Notes under the pieces: model-generated
Seen by the model: the letters and a program-made list of their open reading frames with translations, nothing else
The model's database searches: none
Told to the model about the DNA's origin: nothing
Part shown: positions 12,472 through 25,744 of the stretch, one piece after another
Numbering within the stretch: the first letter of the stretch is position 1
Layout: every line of letters starts with the position of its first letter
Made by a program: the position numbers and the translations under genes
Source: Macrostomum lignano
Taxonomy: Eukaryota
Length of the DNA: 64,000 nt
Direction of reading: 5' to 3'
Assembly (NCBI GenBank): GCA_002269645.1
Contig: NIVC01003878.1
Coordinates: 8,475-72,474 of the forward strand

Positions 12472-15400
12472 TTAATGAATGGCGCGACGAGAACTGCTGC
12501 GGTAACTGCCGGCAGCGGGCACGTCAATAGTGTAGTCCGGCTTGTGGGCGGTTTCGGCAAGGAAGTTGGTGGGATTGGCCGCCAGCTTACCGCCAACGCT
12601 GCCGCCGGCAACGCTGCTGCCAACGCTGACTGGTGCGTAGAGGCTGGAGTAGACGTTGGCGTTCGAGTAGCTGGCGCCGCTGCCGTTGCTGCCGTTCTTG
12701 TAGCGGTCAGACTCGGGCAGGTATTCGATGGACTGCGAGCCCAGCTGCTGCGGCTGGTGCTTTGGTGTTTTGTCCGTCTGCATTGACGAATCGCAGAGCA
12801 GCACGGGCGGAACCAATTTGGCAGGCTGGGACAGCTTCGAGCCACTGCAGTTGCGGTGCCGGGCGGGGGTTGCAATTGTTTCTTAGAATTATTTTTCCTA
12901 GAAATTCCCAGAAAAATGTGTATTTCCTAATAATTATTCGCTTTTTTCTCAGAAACACTGTTGGCTAGAACGATTTTCTGAGTTTCCTAGAAAATATTTT
13001 ATGGATTTCTTAGATTTCTCTGATTTCCTAGAAATCTTTCCTGAGACTGCTAGTATCTGAATCGGTTTCCTAGAATATTTTTACCAATCAAATGACTTCA
13101 AAATATTCTAAATCGATTGATTTCTTTGGAACGATTTTTACTCTTTTAGTTTTTCCCACCGATATTAGAATAACTAAGATGGGCCACTCAGCACATTAAC
13201 GTGTAAGCTACTTTCAGTTCAGTAGTGAGTTAAACAGAAGCATTTTAATGTATTTTTTAAAGTCAAGGCTCATTTAATCCCCCAGCTTATACCCTCCAAC
13301 CGCGCCTTTCACCACTACTCCCTCCTCCGTCCCGCCCCAATTTTTATTGGCTTTCTCGGAATTCCAGCCTAAAGCTGCCATGTACATTTCAGTGGACTGG
13401 CCAATGTACATTATTGCTGAACCAATTAGCAAATGGTTCAGTTTACGCCTGCAAGCTTGCTTGGGCTAACTAAACTTATCAAAGTCGTTTTAGCTGGGTT
13501 TATTTTTATAAAATAGTTTATGCATTCTTCTTTGCTACTGAACTGAAAGTAGAAAGCTGTTTTACTAAGTATATATGCCTGAGTGGCCTATCCAGTTATT
13601 TTAGTATCTGTGTTTTTTCCTACAAACTGATTCACGCGTATTTCTAGGAATACATTTCTTAGAAACCGCGTCTCACCGAGTCTCGCACTCGTCGTACTCC
13701 ATACTGGAGGCGGACCCGGACTGACGCCCGAGATGGCTGTCCAGCAGGTTGGACATCTCCTGCAGCTCGCCCACCTCCTTGTTTCTTAGAATGCCCTTGT
13801 CCGGCAGTGTCTGACTGCAAGTGTCCGACTGCTGCTGCTGCAGCCTGGCTGCCGAGTTCAGCCTGTTAATCTGGCAGCCGGAGTTCAGGCTGCCGCCGCT
13901 GCTGCCGCCGCCTCCGACTGAGTGCGACGGAGGAGCGAACGAGACGGTCGTCCCTCGCGGGGACTCCCTGACTTCGTAGCCCAAGTCGTTCTTCTGGCGA
14001 CCTTTGCCGCTGCCGCCGCCGATGCCGCTGCCGCCGCCGCCGATACCGCCGCCGCCACCGGCTCCCCGCGACGAATTTGAAAAGTTCTGGTGGCCAGTCC
14101 GGCAGAGCTTTTTACGGCAAATGTAGGCAGAGGTTACCACCAGCAGCAGCAGAAAGAAGCCGACCAAAGCGCAGATCAGCTGATGGAGAGAAGGGGGCCG
14201 CAAACTTGATTGTCTTCCCAATACGCTCGTAAATTATATTTAAGATGTCTCATAAATCTAGATTGCATTCTTCCAGAATTATAAAAACATAAAATTCCTA
14301 TTTTCTCATCTGTCTACTGTGAAAGATCCCAATTAAAAAATATCCAATTCCTCCAATTAAAAAATTAAAAAATCCCTCATTCCCCAAATTAAAAAACGCC
14401 AACCGCACTACTCACAATTGTCCAATCCCCGTTTCCCTTGTCCGTCGGGTTGGAGTCCCGGCTGCCCTGGGCGGGGGACCAGTACAGCTGCTGCAGCAGG
14501 TTCACGCGGTCATTGGGGCCGAGACGCCGCTCGCAGGAGCGCCCCGTCCAGCCCGGCCGGCACAGACAGGCCGCTCTGGTGGTGCAGACACCGCGGCCGG
14601 AGCAGACGAGATGCGTCTGGCTGTCTCGCGGACAGGCAACCGAGGCGGCCACGCGGCCGGCCAATTCGGGCGGCTGCAGACACCGGCCGGACAAGCAGGC
14701 GGTGCCGCTCGGACAGGAACTGCCGTCCGGCAGCGCAATGTCCATCGACTTGTACCGGCACTTCAACTCGGTGCTGTTCGGCCACTGGACCTTCAGCTCG
14801 TGGACCGGCTTGCCCTGACCGCCGACGCACATGAGGGTGGCGCAGGGGTCCAGCTTGATGCCCTCGTAGCACTCCAGAGGGCCCGCGCTGGCGCTGGCGC
14901 CCCACACCTTTTGGCAGGAGGCCTCCCTGGTGGGCGCGCACTGGCCGGACAGGCACCACCGGAGCTGGTCCCCACCGCCAGACTGGCCGGCGCACGGCTG
15001 CCAGTCGGCCAGTTTGGAGTCGTCAGGACAGGCCTCGTCAGTGCCGTTGCACAGCTCCGGCAAGTCGCAGTTGTTTGTCGAGGCCCGACAAATCGAGCCG
15101 GCCGGCCTCAGTCGGCAGCCGGAGCAGCAGGCGCCGCTGCCGGCGCGGCAGGTGGCCCAGCTGTGCAGCATGCAGGTCGTCGCGTTGCAGCAGGCGGGGC
15201 CGGCGCTGCTGGCGTCGCATTCCTCCGACCGGTCCAGGCGGCCATTGCCGCACAAGCGCAGGTCGCTGCTGGGAGCGGCTGCTCCGTTGAGCAGGCAGTC
15301 GGCTGTGCCGGCTTGGAGCGCGGCCTCCAGGCGCTGCGCGTCTGAGCGGGTGAGCAGGCGGTCCGGGCTGCAGCTGGAGGGAGCGGGCAGAGAGGTTGAG

Positions 15401-18400
15401 AACTGCTGTTGTTTGTGAGTCTAAATAGAACTCAAAATTATTAGTTTGAGATTATTTATTACTAGTAGTTGCAAGTGCGCCCCTGCAGTTCGAACTGAAC
15501 GGCACCGTGGCTCATAAAGAAGGGAGATGGGTAGGGAAGAGGGGGAGAGGGAGAAGCAGATTGGGAGAGGGAAAGCGAGAGAATAGGAGAGCGGGATTGG
15601 AATAATGGAAGAGGGAGTGTAGGGGGAGATGATGGAGAGTGGGAGACTGGGAGAGGGAGTGTAGAGGGAGATGGAGAGTGGGAGACTGGGAGAGGAGTGT
15701 AGGGGGAGATGGAGAGTGGGAGAGTGGGACAGTGGGAGGGGAATTAGTGTAGGGGGAGAGGGAGAGTAGGGGGAAAGAGAGAGTGAGAACGCCAGAGAGA
15801 TCGAACGGAGAGGGAGGGCCGAGAGTCCAGGGCTGATTTTAAAAGAAACAGGAAACTTTTTCGCGCTTTCGAACAAGGCTACTTGAAGTAGACTAACAGA
15901 CAAACCAAAATTGTAATAAAATAAAATTTCCACAGTCCCAGTCACCGGAAACACGCGCAGATAAAGATTTTTTAATTATGCATAATTGCTTCATCTGGCT
16001 GGCAGAACAAACCCTCCGCCAGATCTAATCTGTGTAATGGCCAAATAAATACCCTGAGGCATAATGATTTATGATCCGTGGATTGAATATAACTGGGCGA
16101 CGAGACTTAACGGCCGGCACATTCCTATGGGAGGGGGGTCCAACAAGCGATTTCTGTCTGCAAAAAAACTTTTTTGTCTGCTTCTTTTTATCTGCCGACA
16201 GTGGGAGACGCGATAAGCTGGGATCTGTCTCCCACTGGCTGGCCTCCCAAAGGGCTCGAGTGGACTCGAAAGCCAGCAGAGCGAACTTCAGCTTTTGCGC
16301 AGGTGGCGCGAATACCCCGTACACTTTTTTCTGTTGCGTCAAGCAGACGCTTAAAAACGACGCAATTGAACTATTCAGCCACTGCCTTCGCGCATCTATC
16401 AGCGGTGCAGCACCGAAGTGAGGATTTGGCATGTCTATGGGAAAATTTTGACTGTTAAATATTTTATAACCAAAAAGAATTTCCAAAAAGATTTAGGCTC
16501 GTAGTATCCTGATGGGATTGGCCGATTGGGGATATTTTATAACCCGATGGGATTTGGGATATTTTAGAACCCGATGGGATTTGGGATATTTTATAACCCG
16601 TTGGGATTTTGGATATTTTATAGCTAGATGGGATTTTGGATATTTTATAATCAGGTGGGATTTTGGATATTTTATAATCAGATGGGATTTGGGATATTTT
16701 ATAATCAGGTGGGATTTTGGATATTTTATAATCAGATGGGATTTGGGATATTTTATAATCAGATGGGATTTGGGATATTTTATAATCAGATGGGATTTGG
16801 GATATTTTATAATCAGGTGGGATTTGGGATATTTTATAATCAGATGGGATTTGGGATATTTTATAATCAGGTGGGATTTGGGATATTTTATAATCAGGTG
16901 GGATTTTGGATATTTTATAATCAGATGGGATTTGGGATATTTTATAATCAGGTGGGATTTGGGATATTTTATAATCAGGTGGGATTTTGGATATTTTATA
17001 ATCAGATGGGATTTGGGATATTTTATAATCAGATGGGATTTGGGATATTTTATAATCAGATGGGATTTGGGATATTTTATAATCAGATGGGATTTGGGAT
17101 ATTTTATAATCAGATGGGATTTGGGATATTTTATAATCAGGTGGGATTTTGGATATTTTATAATCAGATGGGATTTGGGATATTTTATAATCAGGTGGGA
17201 TTTGGGATATTTTATAATCAGGTGGGATTTTGGATATTTTATAATCAGATGGGATTTGGGATATTTTATAATCAGGTGGGATTTTGGATATTTTATAATC
17301 AGATGGGATTTGGGATATTTTATAATCAGATGGGATTTGGGATATTTTATAATCAGATGGGATTTGGGATATTTTATAATCAGGTGGGATTTTGGATATT
17401 TTATAATCAGATGGGATTTGGGATATTTTATAATCAGGTGGGATTTTGGATATTTTATAACCCGATGGGATTTTGGATATTTTATAATCAGATGGGATTT
17501 GGGATATTTTAGAACCCGATGGGATTTGGGATATTTTATAACCCGTTGGGATTTTGGATATTTTATAGCTAGATGGGATTTGGGATATTTTATAACCCGA
17601 TGGGATTTTGGATATTTTATAATCAGGTGGGATTTCGGATATTTTATAACCCGATGGGATTTTGGATATTTTATAATCAGATGGGATTTGGGAAACTTTA
17701 TAATCAGATGGGATTTGGGATATTTTATAATCAGATGGGATTTTGGATATTTTATAATCAGATGGGATTTGGGATATTTTATAATCAGATGGGATTTGGG
17801 ATATTTTATAATCAGATGGGATTTGGGATACTTTATAATCAGATGGGATTTGGGATATTTTATAATCAGATGGGATTTGGGATATTTTAGAACCCGATGG
17901 GATTTGGGATATTTAATAATCAGATGGGATTTGGGATACTTTATAATCAGATGGGATTTGGGATATTTTATAATCAGATGGGATTTGGGATACTTTATAA
18001 TCAGATGGGATTAGGGATATTTAATAATCAGATGGGATTTGGGATATTTAATAATCAGATGGGATTTGGGATATTTTAGAACCCGATAGGATTTGGGATA
18101 TTTTATAATCAGATGGGATTTGGGATATTTTATAATCAGATGGGATTTGGGATACTTTATAATCAGATGGGATTTGGGATATTTAATAATCAGATGGGAT
18201 TTGGGATACTTTATAATCAGATGGGATTAGGGATATTTAATAATCAGATGGGATTTGGGATATTTAATAATCAGATGGGATTTGGGATATTTTAGAACCC
18301 GATAGGATTTGGGATATTTTATAATCAGATGGGATTTGGGATACTTTATAATCAGATGGGATTTGGGATATTTTATAATCAGATGGGATTAGGGATATTT

Positions 18401-21400
18401 AATAATCAGATGGGATTTGGGATACTTTATAATCAGATGGGATTAGGGATATTTAATAATCAGATGGGATTTGGGATATTTAATAATCAGATGGGATTCG
18501 GGATATTTTAGAACCCGATAGGATTTGGGATATTTTATAATCAGATGGGATTAGGGATATTTAATAATCAGATGGGATTTGGGATACTTTATAATCAGAT
18601 GGGATTTGGGATATTTTATAATCAGGTGGGATTTGGGATATTTTATAATCAGATGGGATTTGGGATATTTTATAATCAGGTGGGATTTGGGATATTTTAT
18701 AATCAGGTGGGATTTTGGATATTTTATAATCAGATGGGATTTGGGATATTTTATAATCAGGTGGGATTTGGGATATTTTATAATCAGGTGGGATTTTGGA
18801 TATTTTATAATCAGATGGGATTTGGGATATTTTATAATCAGATGGGATTTGGGATATTTTATAATCAGATGGGATTTGGGATATTTTATAATCAGATGGG
18901 ATTTGGGATATTTTATAATCAGATGGGATTTGGGATATTTTATAATCAGGTGGGATTTTGGATATTTTATAATCAGATGGGATTTGGGATATTTTATAAT
19001 CAGGTGGGATTTGGGATATTTTATAATCAGGTGGGATTTTGGATATTTTATAATCAGATGGGATTTGGGATATTTTATAATCAGGTGGGATTTTGGATAT
19101 TTTATAATCAGATGGGATTTGGGATATTTTATAATCAGATGGGATTTGGGATATTTTATAATCAGATGGGATTTGGGATATTTTATAATCAGGTGGGATT
19201 TTGGATATTTTATAATCAGATGGGATTTGGGATATTTTATAATCAGGTGGGATTTTGGATATTTTATAACCCGATGGGATTTTGGATATTTTATAATCAG
19301 ATGGGATTTGGGATATTTTAGAACCCGATGGGATTTGGGATATTTTATAACCCGTTGGGATTTTGGATATTTTATAGCTAGATGGGATTTGGGATATTTT
19401 ATAACCCGATGGGATTTTGGATATTTTATAATCAGGTGGGATTTCGGATATTTTATAACCCGATGGGATTTTGGATATTTTATAATCAGATGGGATTTGG
19501 GAAACTTTATAATCAGATGGGATTTGGGATATTTTATAATCAGATGGGATTTTGGATATTTTATAATCAGATGGGATTTGGGATATTTTATAATCAGATG
19601 GGATTTGGGATATTTTATAATCAGATGGGATTTGGGATACTTTATAATCAGATGGGATTTGGGATATTTTATAATCAGATGGGATTTGGGATATTTTAGA
19701 ACCCGATGGGATTTGGGATATTTAATAATCAGATGGGATTTGGGATACTTTATAATCAGATGGGATTTGGGATATTTTATAATCAGATGGGATTTGGGAT
19801 ACTTTATAATCAGATGGGATTAGGGATATTTAATAATCAGATGGGATTTGGGATATTTAATAATCAGATGGGATTTGGGATATTTTAGAACCCGATAGGA
19901 TTTGGGATATTTTATAATCAGATGGGATTTGGGATATTTTATAATCAGATGGGATTTGGGATACTTTATAATCAGATGGGATTTGGGATATTTAATAATC
20001 AGATGGGATTTGGGATACTTTATAATCAGATGGGATTAGGGATATTTAATAATCAGATGGGATTTGGGATATTTAATAATCAGATGGGATTTGGGATATT
20101 TTAGAACCCGATAGGATTTGGGATATTTTATAATCAGATGGGATTTGGGATACTTTATAATCAGATGGGATTTGGGATATTTTATAATCAGATGGGATTA
20201 GGGATATTTAATAATCAGATGGGATTTGGGATACTTTATAATCAGATGGGATTAGGGATATTTAATAATCAGATGGGATTTGGGATATTTAATAATCAGA
20301 TGGGATTCGGGATATTTTAGAACCCGATAGGATTTGGGATATTTTATAATCAGATGGGATTAGGGATATTTAATAATCAGATGGGATTTGGGATACTTTA
20401 TAATCAGATGGGATTTGGGATATTTTATAATCAGATGGGATTAGGGATATTTAATAATCAGATGGGATTTGGGATACTTTATAATCAGATGGGATTAGGG
20501 ATATTTAATAATCAGATGGGATTTGGGATATTTAATAATCAGATGGGATTCGGGATATTTTAGAACCCGATAGGATTTGGGATATTTTATAATCAGATGG
20601 GATTAGGGATATTTAATAATCAGATGGGATTTGGGATACTTTATAATCAGATGGGATTTGGGATATTTTATAATCAGATGGGATTTGGGATATTTTATAA
20701 TCAGATGGGATTTGGGATATTTTATAATCAGATGGGATTTGGGATATTTAATAATCAGATGGGATTAGGGATATTTTAGAACCCGATGGGATCCGGGATA
20801 CTTTTATCCAAAGGGGATTTTCTTGAGGACTCTAGTTACAAGCTGCTCCCCAGAAACGAGCCGGAGTCCAACTCACTCGCTGCCAGTGAGGCAGGGGAAG
20901 GCCAGCATGCCCAGCTGTTCGGCCACAGCCAGGCCGGCCAGTCGGGCGGTCCTCGGCCAGTCTGTGGAGCCGCCGCCGGCCACTCGGACAATGGAGGCGG
21001 CCCGGCCCGTACAGACGCTGTCCATCATGCTGAGGTGCTCGCTCCTAGTTGAGTAGTTGGCCCCGGTGAGCAACAGTAGGGCCTGTTCGGCTGGCAACCG
21101 CCTGAGCCGGGCCCGGTCCAGAGCCGCCAGCAGGCCGGCGCGGAGACTGCCGTTCAGGGGCGGCAGGCCGGCCGAGTCCAGCAGCTCCAGGGACTGCAGG
21201 CGGAGGGCCACGCGGCTGTTGGTCAGCAGGCGGTTGGCCTGGCCAACTACGCGACCGGCCAGGGAACTGGCGGCGCTCTGGGACCGGCCTAGGGAGGAGT
21301 ACTGCGGGGCGAAGGGGGCGAGAGATTTGCTGAGATTGATTTTGATTGCGAGATTGTCGCCACATGAGATTAGACTAGATTAGATTAAAGCTAAGATCAG

Positions 21401-24275
21401 ATTGGATGAGCTGAGACTAGATTGAATGAGCTGAGATTAGATTGGATGAGCTGAGACTAGATTAGATGAAAGTTAAGATCAGATTGGATGAGCTGAGACT
21501 AGATTAGATGAAAGCTAAGATCAGATTGGATGAGCTGAGACTAGATTGGATGAGCTGAGAATAGGTTGGATTACCTGAGACTAGATTGGATGAGCTGAGA
21601 TTAGATTGGATGAGCTGAGATTAGATTGGATGAGCTGAGATTAGATTGGATGAGCTGAGACTAGATTGGATGAGCTGAGACTAGATTGGATGAGCTGAGA
21701 CTAGATTGGATGAGCTGAGATTAGATTGGATGAGCTGAGACTAGGTTGGATTACCTGAGATTAGATTGGATGAGCTGAGACTATATTGGATGAGCTGAGA
21801 TTAGATTGGATGAGCTGAGACTAGATTGGATGAGCTGAGCCTAGATTGGATGAGCTTGTGGCAGCCAGCCACTTTATTTCTTATTCATGCATACATTATT
21901 GTTTATGGACAAATTCAAATATACTTGTAAAGGGGTGTGGCTGCGCCTACAGTCTTGCCAAGCGCAAATACTCCTAATACATGCAAACACACAACAGAGC
22001 TGAGATAAGATTGGATGAGCTGAGACTAGATTGGATGAGCTGAGATTAGATTAGATGAGCTGAGACTAGATCGGATAAGCTGAGACTAGATTGGATAAGC
22101 TGAGACTAGATTGGATGAGCTAAGATTATATTGGATGAGCTAAGACTAGATTGGATGAGATGAGATGAGATGAGCTAAGATTAGATTGAATAAGATTAGA
22201 TATCAAGCGGTTCAGGTGAGATTCCCTAAGATTAGATGTGACACAATGAGAGGCGCACCAGCGAATAGTCAATAACCACGGCCAGTTTCACTACGAATTC
22301 CTTGGCTGGCGGAGCAGCCGGGGGCCAACCGGAGGCCACAACTCTGTCCAGCAGTGCGCTGGCTGGCTGGCCGCCGACAGACGTTTGGAGCAGCTCGGTG
22401 AACGCGGCGAAGAACGTCTTCACGGCCGGGTCGCGTACGATCGGCCGGTCGATAGCGTCTGGCGATTTCTGATGCTGAACAACAGGTAGCACGGCGTGCG
22501 GCTTGTAGACCTGGCAGAGGTTGCATTCGATCGGCTGGATGGTGAAGTCGGCGCCTTGGTAGCGGAATATTCCGTGCACCCTGTCGGAGCAGACGTCAAC
22601 AAATGCGCTGGACTGCGGATCGCCTTGAATCTTGCCTTCGTAGAAGCAGCGAGAGAATTTGTCCGACACGGCCTGCTGGTCGCCCTCCTTGTAGCGCAGC
22701 TGGAAGCTGCCGCGTGGAGCGATGAAGCTGCGGGGTTGGCGGAGAGCCAGTGTACATTGGGTAAGGGACAGTGGGTTTGCGGGGAGCCAGTTTACATTGG
22801 GTAAGGGACAGGGGGTTTAGAGGAGAGCCAGTGTACATTGGGTAAGGGACAGGGGGTTGGAGCGAGCCAGTGTACATTGGGTAAGGGACAGGAGGGTTGG
22901 CGGGGAGCCAGTATACATTGGGGAAGGGACAGGGGGTTGGAGGGGTGCCAGTGTACATTGGGTAAGGGACAGGGGGGTTAGCGGAGAGCCAGTGTACATT
23001 GGGTAAGGGACAGATGGTTGGCAGAGAGCCAGTGTACATTGGGTAAGGGACAGTGGGTTGGCAGAGAGCCAGTGTACATTGGGTAAGGGACAGTGGGTTG
23101 GCGGGGAGCCAGTTTACATTGGGTAAGGGACAGGGGGTTGGAGGGGAGCCAGTGTACATTGGGTAAGGGACAGTGGGTTGGCGGGGAGCCAGTATACATT
23201 GGGGAAGGGACAGGGGGTTGGAGGGGTGCCAGTGTACATTGGGTAAGGGACAGGGGGGTTGGCGGAGAGCCAGTGTACATTGGGTAAGGGACAGAGGATT
23301 GGCGGAGAGCCTGTGTACATTGGGTAAGGGACAGATGGTTGCGGAGAGCCTGTGTACATTGGGTAAGGGACAGGGGGTTGGCAGAGAGCCAGTGTACATT
23401 GGGTAAAGGACAGTGGGTTGGCGGGGAGCCAGTTTACATTGGGTAAGGGACAGATGGTTGGCGGGGAGCCAGTATACATTGGGTAAGGGACAGGGGATTT
23501 GGAGGGAGCCAGTGTACATTGGGTAAGGGACGGTGAGAATTGGCAAGAGGGTCTGATTTGATTACTCATTTCAAAACGCCCTGATTAACGCAATGTAAAT
23601 CTATTTCTAATGCTAATATTGAATACATGTTCTACATATAGACAGAGAAAGCCGCACTAGAAACGGAGATGCATCTCAGAGTTAAACAGGCCGCTAGTCA
23701 GCAGATGACTGGCTCAGCGCAGTTGAATTAATCGCCTCCGGGGGTTGAAGAGTTCAGTTTTAGACTAGAAAAAGCTGTTCTCGCAGTAAAAATTTTACTG
23801 CTCTCATTACCCGATATTTCGCTCATGTTTCCCAGCCCAGGACCCCCGGGAAGTGTCGGCCCTGACTAGATTGTAAATCTTTTGCCGCCCGCGCAATCAG
23901 GCGGGCCCGGGCTGATGGGGCTGGGAAAAGAATCCCATCGTTTCTCATTCATAAATTTCCGCGTAACCCCCCCACCCACCCAAACGAGTCCCCAGCCAGC
24001 CAGACTCAGTCCAAAGTTGAGCAGAGTTTGGGGACGGTGACTCCGAGGAAGCGATGGCTAAAACGTTGATTGAGTATCAACAATTTATTACAAGGCAGCA
24101 GCTGTTCCCAGCTTTTCCCGCTGCCTCCGCGTTTGCCCAATCTCCCTTGCCTCCCCTCTCAAGCGGCACTTGCTTGTCGATTCTTCACATCTCAGGATTA
24201 CCAGGGACACTGGACCGCGAAACAGTGTAGGTGCCAGGGCAGGGGCACAGGAGATTGGGCAAGTAGATGGGTGGC

Positions 24276-24336
<61 letters not shown>

Positions 24337-25344
24337 GGGAGAGACAGGCAGACAGACAGGGAGAGACAAGGGGACAGACAGGGAGAGACAGGCAGAAAGA
24401 CAGGGAGAGACAAGGGGACAGACAGGGAGAGACAGGCAGACAGACAGGGAGAGACAAGGGGACAGACAGGGAGAGACAGGCAGAAAGACAGGGAGAGACA
24501 AGGGGACAGACAGGGAGAGACAGGCAGACAGACAGGGAGAGACAAGGGGACAGACAGGGAGAGACAGGCAGACAGACAGGGAGAGACAGGCAGACAGACA
24601 GGGAGAGACAAGGGGACAGACAGGGAGAGACAGGCAGACAGACAGGGAGAGACAGGCAGACAGACAGGGAGAGACAGGCAGACAGACAGGGAGAGACAAG
24701 GGGACAGACAGGGAGAGACAGGCAGACAGACAGGGAGAGACAAGGGGACAGACAGGGAGAGACAGGCAGACAGACAGGGAGAGACAGGCAGACAGACAGG
24801 GAGAGACAAGGGGACAGACAGGGAGAGACAGGCAGACAGACAGGGAGAGACAAGGGGACAGACAGGGAGAGACAGGCAGGCAAAGAAAGTCGAATGGACT
24901 CGGACATCTTTCTCAATGCACTGTATCTGTCTCTCATGATACTCGCCTCAATTCCTGAAAGCGGTTACGGACTGATGGGCCAAGCTAACCTTTCATAACC
25001 CAGCCTGACTGCATCTTCCCTCTCCGTTGCCGCCTGGAATCCAACTGGCTGAGCTGTCTTACAGCTTTACGCTTGGCTAGAAAAAAAACAAACAAATGTT
25101 ATTCTGCTCAGTCAATTAGTCATGCCCAGTTCGTACTGGCTAGACATGAGCGGCCTGTTTGTACGCAGCTCTAAAGGCAGATTTGCTGCATTGCGAGTTG
25201 GTACGATCGTGTGTTCCAGTGGGCTAAATATAGGCCGAATTGTGATGTACAGCCACAAGGATTCCAAGAGGGTAAGGTACTGGGGCTAGTGGCTGCTACA
25301 TTAGCTCTGGGTCGTCTGTCTATCTATCTATCTATCTATCTATA

Positions 25345-25375
<31 letters not shown>

Positions 25376-25392
25376 ATATCTATCTATCTATA

Positions 25393-25487
<95 letters not shown>

Positions 25488-25516
25488 ATATCTATCTATC
25501 TATTTATCTATCTATA

Positions 25517-25554
<38 letters not shown>

Positions 25555-25705
25555 CTTACCTACCTACCTATCTATCTACCTATCTATCTATCTACCTATC
25601 TACCTATCTATCTATCTATCTATCTACCTATCTATCTATCTATCTACTTACCTACCTACCTATCTATCTATCTATCTACCTACCTACCTATCTATCTATC
25701 TATCT

Positions 25706-25744
<39 letters not shown>

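Noticed and set aside
10553-12475. Three ORFs of 560-640 aa with RESRWWRTQG repeats
   Set aside because: A 25-bp unit cycles through all three frames, so every frame gives the same peptide.
16025-16486. Overlapping ORFs of 95-153 aa in the ADAM intron
   Set aside because: No recognisable motifs, and not needed for phase continuity between the flanking exons.
16512-20779. (IIRWDLGYF)n and (MGFGIFYNQ)n ORFs
   Set aside because: 27-bp satellite lying antisense within an ADAM intron.
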